A stretch of 64,000 bases of DNA from the human T2T-CHM13v2.0 reference genome, Homo sapiens (GCF_009914755.1 NC_060938.1); one strand, 5' to 3'. Positions 16,471-33,839 are shown, counted from the stretch's first letter. The notes: generated by a model from the sequence alone, not told the origin. Program-made: numbers and translations.

Positions 16471-16985
16471 TGTGAAAGGAAAATAAATCTTTGGACCCCC
16501 CCAAAGAGAAAAGTCAAGCTGGGAGCTGCTTAGGGCAAACATGCCTCCCATTCTATTCCTTAAAGGAGATAGCTACTAAGATAAAAAAGCTATATACCTG
16601 CCTCACAATTTGTCTACAAGGAAATTCCTTTTGGACAAAGGACAAACAGAACGCAAAGTCATCCCTCTGCTCACTGAGATAAATGCATATCTGATTGCTT
16701 CTTTTGGAAAGGGTAATTGGAAACTCAAAAGAATGTTTGTCTATCTATGACCTGGAGGCCCCCTCCCTGCTTCAAGTTGTCCCACCTTTCTGATTGAACC
16801 AATGTACATCTTACATATATTGATTGACGTCTTATGTCTTCCTAAAATGTATGAAACCAAGCTGTGCCCCGACCACCTTGGGCACATGTCATGGGACTTC
16901 CTGAGGCTGTGTCACGGGTGCATCCTTAACCTTGAAAAAATAAACTTTCTAAATTGAGACCTGTCTCAGATATTTGGGGTTCACA
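16471..16985 (+). mobile_element. MER4A1-like solo LTR
   Basis: tgtgaaaggaaaataaatc ... tttggggttcaca; TSD acct. Confidence 0.85.
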
Positions 16986-17029
16986 ACCTAAATTAATGAG
17001 ATTCTGAAGAGATGATTAAATATAGAGTT

Positions 17030-17615
17030 TGTAACCATAATCGTTTCATTGCCCAATGTGCATAGCAAGTCAATACGCTGAAACACCTAGTTGCAAGAGA
17101 GAAAGAGGTTTAATTGTAGGGCAGCTGAATGTGATGGGAGGAAACCTCAAATCAGTCTCTCCAAGGAATTTGGGTCTAGAATTTTTAGTGATTTTGGAGT
17201 GGGCTGAAGTGTGGAGATCTTTGCTTGGCCCAAGGGTGCAGGATGAAGTCATAGAACAGGGAGATGAAGAAACTATATTCTCATGCTGATTCTGCTCTCC
17301 TCTGGGGGTCTTCAAACTTGTTGGCATCAGCTCAAATTTGGGATCTGAAAAACATCTTAAGCAATTCTTAAACAAAAGCCTTATGATTCTAATGTCAGAG
17401 ATTCTATCTATCTTAATCAGAGGCCTGATGATTCTAACCTCAGACAGAAATACTATCTGTAGGAACAATGAGGATGCAAGTGGTCAGGATCTAGTACTCC
17501 ACAACTTTCACTTCCTGTTGTTACAAGGAAGTGAGCCACAGTGCAGCCTAATTAATGCTTAATCATAACTATATTTCTGTCCAGAATTCTTGTTAACATG
17601 GTGAAGATGGCTTCA
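17030..17615 (-). mobile_element. ERV1 solo LTR (MER57/MER66-like)
   Basis: TG..CA ends; TSD agtt. Confidence 0.75.
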
Positions 17616-18049
17616 AGTTTATTCAAGCTCAAAGCTTGAGGGTGGCCACCCAAGAGCATAGATTCAAGTTGCCCTAAACCCACACTCTGATTAGAAATAG
17701 CTACAAGAGGATTTTTAAGGAATAAAGAAGAGGCAGCTCCTAAATTGTTTACCAAGAATTTATACTAAAATAACATAAGCTATTGATTGGGTATGTGTTA
17801 TTCTTTGCATCACAAATTCCAACATGAAGATAATGGGTAAGGCAGTTAAGCAGGAACAAAATGCCTTTACACAGTTGCCCTGGACATGGGCGCAGAGATG
17901 TGACTGAAGTCCCATACTCCTATCTCTCCAGGCTTGATAAATTTTGTATACTTCACATAGCTCAGACTGATCTGAGCTATTTTTCTTTCTCAACGGAGTC
18001 TCCGTAGTCTCCGTAATTCAGAGGCACACCAAAATTTGAAAGCCAGCTC

Positions 18050-18240
18050 TACCACTGACTAATTGTGTGATTTTGGACAAATTAGTTCATCTCCTAGTAT
18101 CTCAGTTTCCTCATTTGCTAAATGGGGAAAATAACAGCTCCAACATCATTGAGCTGTTGTGGAAATTAAATTAATTTAAAATGAAAGCACTTGGAAGAGT
18201 ACTTGGCACATAATAAATGCTCAATAAGTGTTAAAGATTG
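18050..18240 (+). mobile_element. MIR
   Basis: ctcagtttcctcatttgctaaatgggg core. Confidence 0.8.
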
Positions 18241-18519
18241 CTACTTTTCCTGTCCCTTAGCAACTAAAAAATATCTTTTAAGGAGCGCCATTTCCTGGAC
18301 ATACTACAAAAAAGGGGAATTGCCTGCATTTACATAGATTTTTTGATAGTTGATGTCTCTGAGAGCAATATTCTTTTAGCCCCTTCTCTAAATCCAGGTT
18401 TATGCCTAATTTAGATCCCACGGTCTCCTGTGGTCCTCACCACCTTGTGAACATGTTATGAAGGTAAATTGAAGTTAATCTAGGGATGGAATGATGAGAG
18501 CAGGTAAAAGATAAATAGT

Positions 18520-18915
18520 TCAATGGTTCTCAACCTTGGCTATACCTTATAATTATCTGGAGAGCTTTAAACAATGCCCAAGTCAGCTGGGCATGGTTGC
18601 TCACGCCTATAATCCCAGCTCTTTGGGAGGCTGAGTCAGGAGGACTGCTTGAGGCCAGGAGTTTGAGACCAGCTAGGCAACATGGTAAGACCCCCTCTCT
18701 ATTATATATTAAAAATAATTTTTAAAAAATGCCTAAGTCACACCCCAGACCAATTAATATCAGAATCTGTGGGAACAGGGCTCAGCTATCAGTCTATTTT
18801 AATCTCCAGATGATTCCAGTGTGTAGCCACTGGCCTCATCTTAGCTCGGCTGAGCTGGTGAGACCCAGTAATCTGTATTCTAACAAGCCTTCTGCAAATC
18901 TCAGGACCTTTGGTG
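18520..18915. mobile_element. MER5-type hAT fragments with FLAM insertion (18585-18725, +)
   Basis: caatggttctcaaccttggc; ccccagaccaattaatatcagaatct. Confidence 0.7.
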
Positions 18916-19951
18916 TGAACCATCCCATCATCCTCCCAATGTCCAGGCCTCTGATTTCACTTCTCTGCCCAGTGGGTGTGACTTGAAAGCAAGAGAGGAG
19001 GTGCAACAACCCTTAGTTTCTGTAAGAAGGTACAAGGAGACCAGTTCTGTATATCAAATCCTGGTTTATTCTAGCCAGACCTGTCTTAGGGACAATGATG
19101 GTCTTTCAGCCTAAATGCTTGCTTCTCAGGAAGCAGGTGAACCAATGAAGGGCCCCACTCTCTCCAAGTGGAGACTATAGCATTTGCCTAAAATACCCCT
19201 TCTCTCCAGTCCTAACTGTCCTGGAAGCTTCTCAGAGGCCAAATATGTAAACAAGTTCCAAACCAACACATCTGCTTTTCATTTCCTGCGGAATGCTAAA
19301 ACGAGTCTTTTAAGGTTGCTTAAAATATGTTCTCTCCTCCCGCCCCACCCCCCAGGGCATTTGCTGTGCGTCCTCAGACCACCTCAGCTCCTCCTTCCCT
19401 ACACCTGGGACTCTTCTGCGCAGACTTGGCTTCAAACAAGGCTCACGGTTCTTCCTGGCATTTGCTTTTTTGGCTTAGCGAGTGCACATTCAATATCTTT
19501 TTCTTCTTTTTCTTGAAAGCACTGTCTTCAGTCTCCTCACTTGTCCCTTTCTCCTCTGGCAAGCGTAATGCTATCAACATTTGAAAGTGGCCTGATTCCC
19601 TGGTGTCTGGTAAATGGCCTTGCTGGTGAACTTCTTTAGGAGAACTGCAAAGAAACTAGAGCAGGGGCTAAAGAGAGCTGCTCTCTTGGGGCTCAGATGC
19701 CCCTCCTGGGGCCCCACCTCACACTAGGTGGGTTTCCTTCCTAAATTTGAGCAACGACTCTGTGTGACCTTAGCCACCCTTAACTTTGCTCTGCTTCTGT
19801 TTAGCATCTGTTAAGGAGTGACCTTTGCCACCAATTAATGAGGGTGAGGCCCCATTCAGTTGCAAAGAACGTGGAATTGTAAACAAACTTGCAAGTGGAA
19901 AGACTAGTTCCAGGGGAAATGTAGGTAGGAAAGGTGCTCCCGTATTCTCCT

Positions 19952-20018
19952 TTTAGTATCAGAGAGATGCCGCCTTGCTCCTCCTGTTCAAGGAGCAAGG
20001 CGGCATCTCTCTCCTAAA
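19952..20018 (-). ncRNA. MIR4708: microRNA precursor hsa-mir-4708
   Basis: Perfect inverted repeat AGAGAGATGCCGCCTTGCTCCT (19961-19982) / 8-nt loop / AGGAGCAAGGCGGCATCTCTCT (19991-20012). Minus strand reads UUUAGGAGAGAGAUGCCGCCUUGCUCCUUGAACAGGAGGAGCAAGGCGGCAUCUCUCUGAUACUAAA, containing AGAGAUGCCGCCUUGCUCCUU and AGCAAGGCGGCAUCUCUCUGAU, which I recognise as miR-4708-5p and -3p. Confidence 0.9.
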
Positions 20019-20348
20019 TATGCTGTTGTGTCTCATACCTCAGCTTCTCAGGGCCCTGCCAAGAGCGGGTAGGTAACATAACAACAGCTGTTACTGCCCC
20101 AATGTATCCTCCCTCCAAATGTCAACAACATACACTTTGGAGTGGCCTCTTTATGTTAAGGCCTTGAGCTTTAAGACTCAGCTCTGGCCTTTAAGAATCG
20201 TATGTTCCCGTTGAAGAGACAGGATGTGTGTAAAGATAGCAGCTAGAGACCATGCCCAACAGATAACAAACATTAAGGGAATACATAAGTATTGAACAAA
20301 TATATATGGAGCACTAATTATGTTTTGTTGTAAGCTCTGAGGCTAAAG

Positions 20349-20682
20349 TGTTATAGGACTTTCTCCTTAGTTCAACTAAAAGCCGGATTCTTGTCACACA
20401 GCCATGAGAGATTAGGCTTGCAGACACTTTGAAGGGTGAGAAGAATGGAACTTATTGGGCAAAAAGGAAAATAAATGGAAACAGGGACTCTCAGCAAAGT
20501 GAGAGTCCTGCTTGCTGGTTTTTCCTGCCTCACTGATTGAATCCCATGTACTACCCTGGATCAGGAGAGGCCAGGCTCCTTCCTGCTGCAAAGGGTGTGA
20601 ACTTCTGCAGCTCCACCCTGTTCTCCCAGTGCGCAGGCCAGTCGGAGTTTCTCAGGGGACCCCTTTACACTTGGCTGTCTCA
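20349..20682 (-). mobile_element. MER61-like ERV1 solo LTR
   Basis: Minus strand begins tgagacagccaagtgtaaaggggtcccc and ends gaaagtcctataaca. Confidence 0.8.
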
Positions 20683-20736
20683 AAAAACAGGGAGCAAAAC
20701 AGATAAAACCCCTGGCTTTATGGATCTTATGTTCCT

Positions 20737-20938
20737 TATATATATATATGTATAAGGAACACACGTATATATGTGTATATATGTATATATATATTTTTAG
20801 GTTCTGGAATAAATGTGCACAACATGCAGCTTTGTTACATAGGTATATACATGCCATGGTGGTTTGCTGCACCCATCAACCCGTCATCTACATTAGGTAT
20901 TTCTCCTAATGCTATCCCTCCCCTATTCCCCCACCCCC
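20737..20938 (-). mobile_element. 5'-truncated L1PA 3' end with (TA)n-decayed tail
   Basis: catgccatggtggtttgctgcacccatcaacccgtcatctacattagg; TSD gatcttatgttc. Confidence 0.9.
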
Positions 20939-20949
20939 TAGATCTTATG

Positions 20950-21690
20950 TTCTAATGAGACAAGACATACTTTGAGAGGCCAAGATGAGTGTCAGCAAAT
21001 AAATATGTATAATACACCAGCTTCTGGGAAGTACTTTGAAGGAAAATGAAGCAGATTAAGGAGGGTAGAGTGACATGGTTAAGAGAATGTGGTTTTTTAG
21101 ATGGGAGATCAGAGAAGACCTCTCTGGTAAGGAGACATTTGAGTCAAAATCTGAAGAAGGAGGGAGTGAGTCATCTGAGTCTGTGAAGAATTTTCTAAGC
21201 AAGGCGAGCAGCAAGCACGAAGGCTCTCAGGAAGGAGTGTGCTTGGTGAGTTCTAAGAACAAGCAGGCCAGTGTAGCTGGAAAGTAGTGAGCAGGAGACT
21301 GTGGGCAGGAGAGGACATGAGAGAGGTGACAGAGTGGATCACTGAGGACCCTGCAAGTGGTGGTAAGGACTTTAGATTTTGTTTTGAAGCCATTGGAGGG
21401 CTTTGAGTAGAGCAGTGACATGATTGGACTCACACCTTGGAAGGATCACTCTGAGCATGGACTCCAAGAGTGCACAAGGAGAAGTGTGAGGCCAGTGAGA
21501 AGGGTGCTGCAATAATCCGGGATGAGATGAAGATGATGGTGGCTTGGACCAGAGAGAAGAGACTAAGGGTGGTGAGATGAGATTAGATTCTGATATATAA
21601 TGAAGGTAGAGTAGACAAGATAGATGAGATATAGGGTTATGATTTATGACATAAAGAGAGAAATCAGGAATGATTCCAGTGTTTTTGGCC
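20950..21690 (-). mobile_element. L2
   Basis: gaagccattggagggctttgagtagagcagtgacatgat; ggtggcttggaccag. Confidence 0.8.
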
Positions 21691-21939
21691 GATACTCAAG
21701 GTTTTAAATTTATAGCAGGGATGGGCTGCTTCTGGTTAAGATAATAAGGGAAAGATTAATGAAAGACCCAAGATTTGAGCTGCACTTTGAAAAACTAGTA
21801 GGATTTTGTGACTTATAAAAAGTCTCAAGGGCTTATTTTGAGACCATTTTATCTCCTGGAGTGCAGCCTCCTACCCTAGTTCCACTTCTTTCAGTTATAT
21901 CAACCAGGAGCTCTGGGATGCGGGACTCAGCCAGCCCAA

Positions 21940-23020
<1,081 letters not shown>

Positions 23021-23795
23021 ACATCGTTTTAGATAAGCAATAAAGATTCTGGTTAGAAGAGGGCAAAAACAAACACTTTGAGGCAAGACTTTCTTGGAGA
23101 CAAGAAAGCTCAAAGCGTATTTGGGGAGGATTGGTGGAATAGCTTGACATTCATTCATAAATTCATTCACTAAGTATTTGTTGACGCCTACTGTGTGCCA
23201 GGCACTGTTCTAAGATCTAGTATTCTGCAGGAAACAAGATTGACAGGGTACCTCTTATGGAGTTTATTACCTTGTGGAGGAAAGAGGGGTGCATGTGGAC
23301 AGTGGCTACTGTATTGAACAGCACAGGCATAGGGTCTGGGAAGGCCTAATTCAGGGAAAGCATGAAAGGATGAAACTGTGAGTTTTGGCAATGGCTTTAG
23401 GCTTCTGCTGCTCTGCTCTCGATTCATTCTCCAAAGAGATTTATTAGGTCAAAGGGCATAAATATTTTTAGGACTTAAAATTACTTTCCTAATTGGTTAC
23501 ATCAATTTATGGTACTACCCAAGGAATAAAGGTCCTGATATTACTGGGTTTGGATTTAGGGATTTCCATTTTAATTTGGTAGGGATTAATTTAGTAAAGG
23601 AGTTCATTTAATAAAGTTAATTTAATTAATTTAGTGAAAAAATACCATGCTTCTTTTAATTTGCTTCTTTTTGATAATTAGTAAAATTGACTACTTTTGT
23701 GTGTTTGTTAATACTTGTTCTTTTGTTAATTGTTTTGTTAGTTTTTATTCAGTTATCAGCTGAGATCTTAATGGGATTCTTATCAACTTATCTGA

Positions 23796-24186
<391 letters not shown>

Positions 24187-24496
24187 TAAAAAAATTTTTA
24201 TGTAGTTAAGTACTTTAATATTTTCTGTGTAGTATACTATATTGCTATACTAGAAGCAATGTACTATTGCTTATACTATAAGCAATTAGTATTGCTTATA
24301 ATTATAGAGTCATCTTCCCACTACTGTTTTGACAAATTTTCAATCCTATTTTCTTCTGAACTTCACAGTATTAAATGTTTTTAAGACTTGAAATCAAACA
24401 AAATTAATTTTAATATATAAGGTGTGGATCTCAATTCTTCCCTTCCCTCTTAAACTGCTGGTCAGTTATCCATCCACCATTTATTGAAAAATATTT

Positions 24497-24800
24497 GGCC
24501 AGCCATGGTGGCTCATGCCTGTAATCCCAGCACTTTGGGAGGCCAAGGCGGGCAGATCACCTGAGGTCAGGAGTTCGAGACCAGTCTGGTCAACATGGAG
24601 AAACCCCGTCTCTACTAAAAATAGAGAGATTAGCCGGGAATGGTGTTGTATGCCCATAATCCCAGCTACTTGGGAGCAGGAGAATCACTTGAACCTGGGA
24701 GGTGGAAGTTTCAGTGAGCTGAGATTGCGCCACTGCACTCCAGCCTGGGTGATAGCAAGACTTTGTCTCAAAAGAAAAAAAAGAAAAGAAAAAGAAAAAT
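24497..24800 (+). mobile_element. AluS
   Basis: Dimer; TSD gaaaaatatttg. Confidence 0.9.
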
Positions 24801-24816
24801 ATTTGTTGATCTCATT

Positions 24817-25181
24817 GTATCATGATAGCTTTATCATACACTGGGTTATTTATGAAGAAAAGAGATTTGACTCACAGTTCCACAGGCTTAACAGGAAGCA
24901 TGACTGGGAGGCCTGGGGAAACTTAAAATTATGGCAGAAGGTGAAGAGGAAGCAAAGCACATCTTTCCATAGTGGAGCAAGAGAGAGCTAATGAGCGAGG
25001 GGGGACGTGCCACACACTTTTAAAACATCAGATCTTGTGAGAGTTCACTCACTATCGCGAGAACAGCATGGGGGAAATCCACTGCCATGATCCAATCACC
25101 TCCCACTAGGTCCCTCTCCCAACGATGGGAATTACAATTCAGCATTTGATTTGGGTGGGGACACAGAGCCAAAGCATATCA
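24817..25181 (-). mobile_element. MST-type MaLR LTR
   Basis: gactcacagttccacaggc; ccatgatccaatcacctcccactagg; gggtggggacacagagccaaa. Confidence 0.85.
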
Positions 25182-25227
25182 GGGTGTATATTTGATATGA
25201 TCTTTCTATTATATTACAGAAATCTGT

Positions 25228-26807
<1,580 letters not shown>

Positions 26808-27779
26808 TAGACTGGGTGCCATAGAAACGGACTCTGAGATGGAGAGTTGTCTACAGAGGGTGTTTTACAGAAGACACACCTGTAGCAAGATGGCCTGCAA
26901 TGGAGCTGCAACTGGGAACTTAGCTGATTCCAAGGTGGGAGGTAGTGGTGGGGATTGGGGGAGATCCTCTGAAACTGGAATGGGACTTTGAAGTTTAGCA
27001 GTTTACAATTAAAATACAATCTTTGAGTGGACTAGGATGCTCAAGTCAGCCTGATCATTATATGTTCTCTTCTTAGATAAACCTCAGAGACAGCCAGGTT
27101 ATCCAGAGATGCTTAAGAAACATGAAATCAGACCAAGGAGTGAGCTAATTTCAAGAATTATCTCCCAGCTAAGGCAGCTTATGGCTAAGTCTGGAAGTAT
27201 ACATGGAAGTCTGCTTGGCAAAGAGATTCCTCCCCACTTAGCCATGTTTAGGGGGAACTGATGTGTTTGCCTGATTGACTAATTCCCCCACATGCACTAG
27301 GTCTTTTTCCAACTAGGGTTCAAGTTTCCGTTTGAGGCATTACTGTTACATTCTTCTTCTGCCTTTCAGAAATTATTCCCAGAACACCAGGACTGGAATA
27401 CTTATCTTCTTAATCTCTTCAGTCACAAATTACAATCTTTATATTTACCTTCAAATATGTAGCTGATCACATTTGTGGTATGAGGATCTTACTAATTTAA
27501 TTTTGAGATTAATTTTCTGTCTAGTTTTTTTTAGAGGCAACTTATTGTGATCTCTAAGGATTGACAATGGCTTCTACAAAAATCATAATTTAATATGATG
27601 TCCAATATTAGGTACTCTTTATTAAGAAGACTCATTCTAGCTCTACTAGCCCTTAAAAATGAATGTATATTGAATATTAAATGCCATTTTTGCATTTATA
27701 GAAAAAATCAAACGATTTCTTTTGAGCTTAATAGGTTGTGATATTTCCAATTAAGATATCCTTTTATTTGGGGAATTAA

Positions 27780-28650
27780 GTCCTCCTTCTGTTAATGAAT
27801 TATTTTGAATACGCAATGTACGTACATGGCACAAAATTCAGAAGGTATGTATAGGTATCTGGTGGAAGTCAGTCTCCCTTCCTCCCCTGACTTCCATCCA
27901 CTTAATTCCTTTCCTTGGGGCAGCTGATGCTATCAGTTTCTTGCGATTATTCCAAATGTGTCTTATGTATTTTCAAATATTCTTCCCTGTATACATAAAT
28001 AGTAGCATACCAGCTTGAACCCAGGAGGCAGAGGTTGCAGTGAGCTGAGATCAGGCCACTGCACTCCAGCCTGGGCAACAGAGTGAAACTATGTCTCAAA
28101 AAAAAAAAAAACATTAGTAGCATACCATTCTGTACTATTTAACATATTGCTTTTCTTGATTAATAATATTTATTTGATATAGTTCCATATTAATAGGTAT
28201 AGAATTTTTTCATTCCTTTTAATGGTGGCATATAATTCAATATGAATGTAATAATTTATCACTCCCTTATTAATGAACAATTAAATAGTTGTTAGCCAAT
28301 TTGCTTTTACAAACAATGCTGTAGCTAGCATCCTTGTGCAGGTCATTTTCCATACATGCAACTATATCTGTAGGATAAATACCTAAAACTGGAATTGTCG
28401 GGTCAAGTTCATTTTTGGTTTGAAAGTTATTGCCAAATTCCTGGCCATAGATTTATGCCATTTACCATCCCCTCAGCAACAAATGGGTGTGCTGGTTTCT
28501 TCTTGACAATATTGGATATGATGAAGCTTTTTGATCTTAGTCAATCTGGAGTTGAAAAATGACATCTCATTGTAGTTTCAAAGTGCTTTTATCTTTAATA
28601 GTGTGGTCAAGTTTTTCTTATGTTTACCAGCCATTTGTATCTCATGTTGA
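27780..28650 (-). mobile_element. Old L1M fragments with 5'-truncated Alu (28013-28110, +)
   Basis: Alu TSD tagtagcatacca; L1ME-like motifs (tatctgtaggataaatacctaaaactggaattg). Confidence 0.7.
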
Positions 28651-28749
28651 AGCTAAAGTTTGTAGTATAGTATGATTTGGCCTCTGGACCTCAATTTTTG
28701 TGTTGCAGAACCCAGAACATGCCTTTTCCATCTCTATAGCTTTTGCATT

Positions 28750-28885
28750 CATTTAATTATTATTATTTTAAGAGATGGGTCTCACTATGTTGTCCAGGCT
28801 GGCCTAGAACTCCTCAGCTGAAGTGATCCTCCTGCCTCAGCCTCCCAAATAGCTGGTAATATAGGTACACTCAACTGTGCCCAGT
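28750..28885 (-). mobile_element. FLAM
   Basis: Left monomer only. Confidence 0.8.
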
Positions 28886-29775
<890 letters not shown>

Positions 29776-30404
29776 AGCATTGCACATGCGATTCCTTTTG
29801 CCTGAAACCTCTGTCCTCCATTTATTTTCCCACCTAACTTACAACCTTTCAAGTCTAGGCTCTGAGTAGCTCCAAGGAAATCATCTTTATGCCCTCTAGG
29901 TTGGGTAGATAACTTCCTTCTACTCCCTGGCAGCCTGTGCTACCCTCATCACACTGCACTGTAGGCTTCACTTGTCAGCCTCCCACCATTCCCCAGCTCC
30001 TTGAGGGCAGGGCCTGGGTCCCATATTTTTCTGTATCTCTAGCCACTAGGACAGTGCACAGCACTGGGCAGACACTGAAAGAAATCTATTTGCTAGTATT
30101 TTATTTTGAAATTTCAAGTCTAGATTCACAACAGAGATCCATTTCCAGGCTTTTCTTTTGTGTGCGCATGTGTGAATGATTTGTTTGTTGGGATTTGGAA
30201 TTAGGATGATCTTTTCCACATAAACCAAACTGGAGAGTTTCCAGAACAAGTTGTTTAACTTGTGGATTATTGGTTCCTTAAAAGCCCAGAGGCTCAACAC
30301 ATATTTCCTGAACACGGACTATGTGTTGGGGCACTGTATAAGTTGGCACTTTATACAAGAGTAGTATGAGAGCTTGTCTCTGAATGCATAGTTTATGCTT
30401 TAAG

Positions 30405-31317
<913 letters not shown>

Positions 31318-32382
31318 GAGTATGTTTTCTTTTAACTCGCAATGTCTGGGCTCTATGAAAAGAGGGAAAGACAAGGATTTGAGATTCTGTCTCCCACACT
31401 ACACTCCTGCCCTGCCAGCCCCCACCCTTGGATTTGTTAGCCTGGCATAGACTTTAGAGTCAGGGGGCAGAAGTCAATTCTCAGGTCCAGGACCTACGAA
31501 CTCAGCAGCCTTGAGCAAGTCACTGGACCATTCAGAACATCTGTTTCTCTCTTGTGGAATGGAGATAATAATACCTGTTTCACAAGGCAATTAAGAGGAT
31601 CGAGTGAAATATGTGAAAATATTGTTTAGTAAACTCCCTTTAGGTCCTCAGAGAAGAAAAGCAAACTTCATCTGTAGGTTAAAAAACATCCTGTCTCCTG
31701 TGAAGAGGGGAATGGCTTCACAGAGAAAGTTGACGGGATGCTAACACCCACAGGCTGCAGATATTTAAATCAAAAAAGGGGAAAAATCAATGGGAAAAGG
31801 TCAGGACTCTCTCATTTTTCTAACGAGCAGTTATTTTTTATTTCTCCATGGAGTGCACTGTCACGGGGAGGCTGGAAGTGCTGACAGTGCACGCTGCTGA
31901 GTCAGGGGAGGGGAGACGTTGCTGACACTGTTCCCTTTTCATAAACTTAGCAGGAAGGACCAGCCAGTGGACTCTGTCCTCCCTTTCACCCTTGGCAGGG
32001 GGTGCAGTGGGGGTCACCCAGCTTGGTGATCACTCAGGTTAGGAACTGTGGTTGAAGGTTGAGGAGAAATAGGGTGGGGGTGACAGCTCACAGCAAGCCA
32101 GTCAGAGCAGTGGGTCCATCGTGAGGGTCAAACCTCACACTTCCGAAATTCTCTCTTATATGGCAGTCTCTGAGCAATGGTCACAGTGGAGAAGTTGGGC
32201 CCAGGCTGTGCCATGGTTCATTTTCTCTAGCTACAGGTAGCCTACCTCCCTTGCAAATGCTCTGTAGGCTTCATAGCCTGGGTTCTCCTGTTGTCAGCTG
32301 TATTAACAGGGAGTCATAGATGGGCTTCCTTAAATAAAAAGTTATCTTTACTTATTTGTCGTTATCCTCGAATTGCTGAGAC

Positions 32383-32706
32383 TTTTTTTTTTTTTTTTTT
32401 TGAGACAGAGTCTCACTCCAGGATGGAGTGCAGTGGCACAATTGTGGCCCACTGCAGCCTCGACCTCCTGAGCTCACATGATCCTCCCACCTCAGCCTCC
32501 CGAGTAGCTGGGAATACAATGTGTACCACCTTGCCCGGCAACTTTTTGGTTTTGGTTGTTATTTATTTATTTATTTATTTATTTTGGTAGAGATGAGGTC
32601 TTGCAATATTGTCTGGGCTGGTCTTGAACTCCTGGCTTCAAGCAATCCTGCAGCCTTGGCTACCCAAAGTGCTGGGATTACAGGGATGAGCCACCATGCC
32701 CGGCCG
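32383..32706 (-). mobile_element. AluJ
   Basis: TSD cgaattgctg. Confidence 0.9.
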
Positions 32707-32749
32707 AATTGCTGGGATTTGGAAGAAAGACTTTGTAGGGGATCCTCCC

Positions 32750-32751
<2 letters not shown>

Positions 32752-32786
<35 letters not shown>
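32752..32786. repeat. (CA)n microsatellite
   Basis: Directly visible. Confidence 0.95.
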
Positions 32787-32787
<1 letters not shown>

Positions 32788-33839
32788 CTTGAGACAAGAC
32801 GAGGAAATGAGAAGCTGGCTCACCTTGGCAGGCAGGCAGAGCAGCGGAGGTCGCTACCTACCTGGGCTGGGACTTGTCCTTAAGGGACATCCTAAGGGAA
32901 TGCAGAATAAGAGGAAGAGGTAATTCCCAGTGTTTCAGGTGAAGACTAGGGATCCCCCCAAACCCAGTGGTTCTTCAGTTGGTTGGTTGGTTTTTTTTCC
33001 AGACACTCTGTCCTTAGGGAGTCACATCCGGGATCATGGCAGTTCACACCCTGTTCTTTAACACACTTCAAATCTGCCTTGGCCCCAAGGGTGCCAGCGT
33101 TCCCCAGTGTGCTCAGTAGAAGGAGATTGTGAAACAGGCAGGGGGGTCATACTCACACCCATACAGGGCAGAAGAAAGCCCTGGGCCATGTGTGAACAGC
33201 TGCTGCTCCATCTCCCCAGCACAGCTGGGCACATCTGTCTGCCAACACTCATCTCTAGTTGTGCTATCTTGAAGGTCAGTGGTGATCTTTTAGTCATCAA
33301 TTCCAGTGACCTTTACTCAGGCCTCATCTTCCAACCGACCAGCTCTTCTTTCTGAAATGCCCACCCGAGTGAGCTAGTTCTTTCCCTACTCCTGTCACAA
33401 CTCTTACTTGGGTTCTTCTTTCTCTTTTTCTGCATTTTATGTCTTTCTCAAACCTCTGTCTTTAGCCCTTTTCTTTCTCTGCCATCTCTCTCTCTCTAGG
33501 AAACTTCGGTTTCTTTTGCGACACGAAGTAGTATCTTGTCAAGACTTTATTTTTGTCAAGTAACAGTACCTACTCCAACTAGCTTAGGCAAAGAAGGGGT
33601 CTTCAGGGCCCAGTAGAGAAGTGTGGGTACTCTGGGCAGGGGCTGAAGCCAGGACAGGTAGCATTTGCCGAAGCACTGGTTTCTGCACTCTGTGTGTCTG
33701 CTCAGATCTGCTTCCTAGATAATCTCTATCTCTTCCTCCTCTCCTCTCCGGGGCCACCATTTTACCTGGAGCTTTCATGACCTCTTTAGTGATTTCCCTA
33801 CTGTTGGGTGTATCTTCCATCTAAGCTATCTTATTTCAC

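Larger units (their letters stand above)
16462..17992 (-). mobile_element. ERV1 MER4-group LTR hosting two nested LTRs
   Basis: tgtcaacct ... agctatttttctttctca; pieces rejoin across the 4-bp TSDs of the inner LTRs. Confidence 0.75.
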
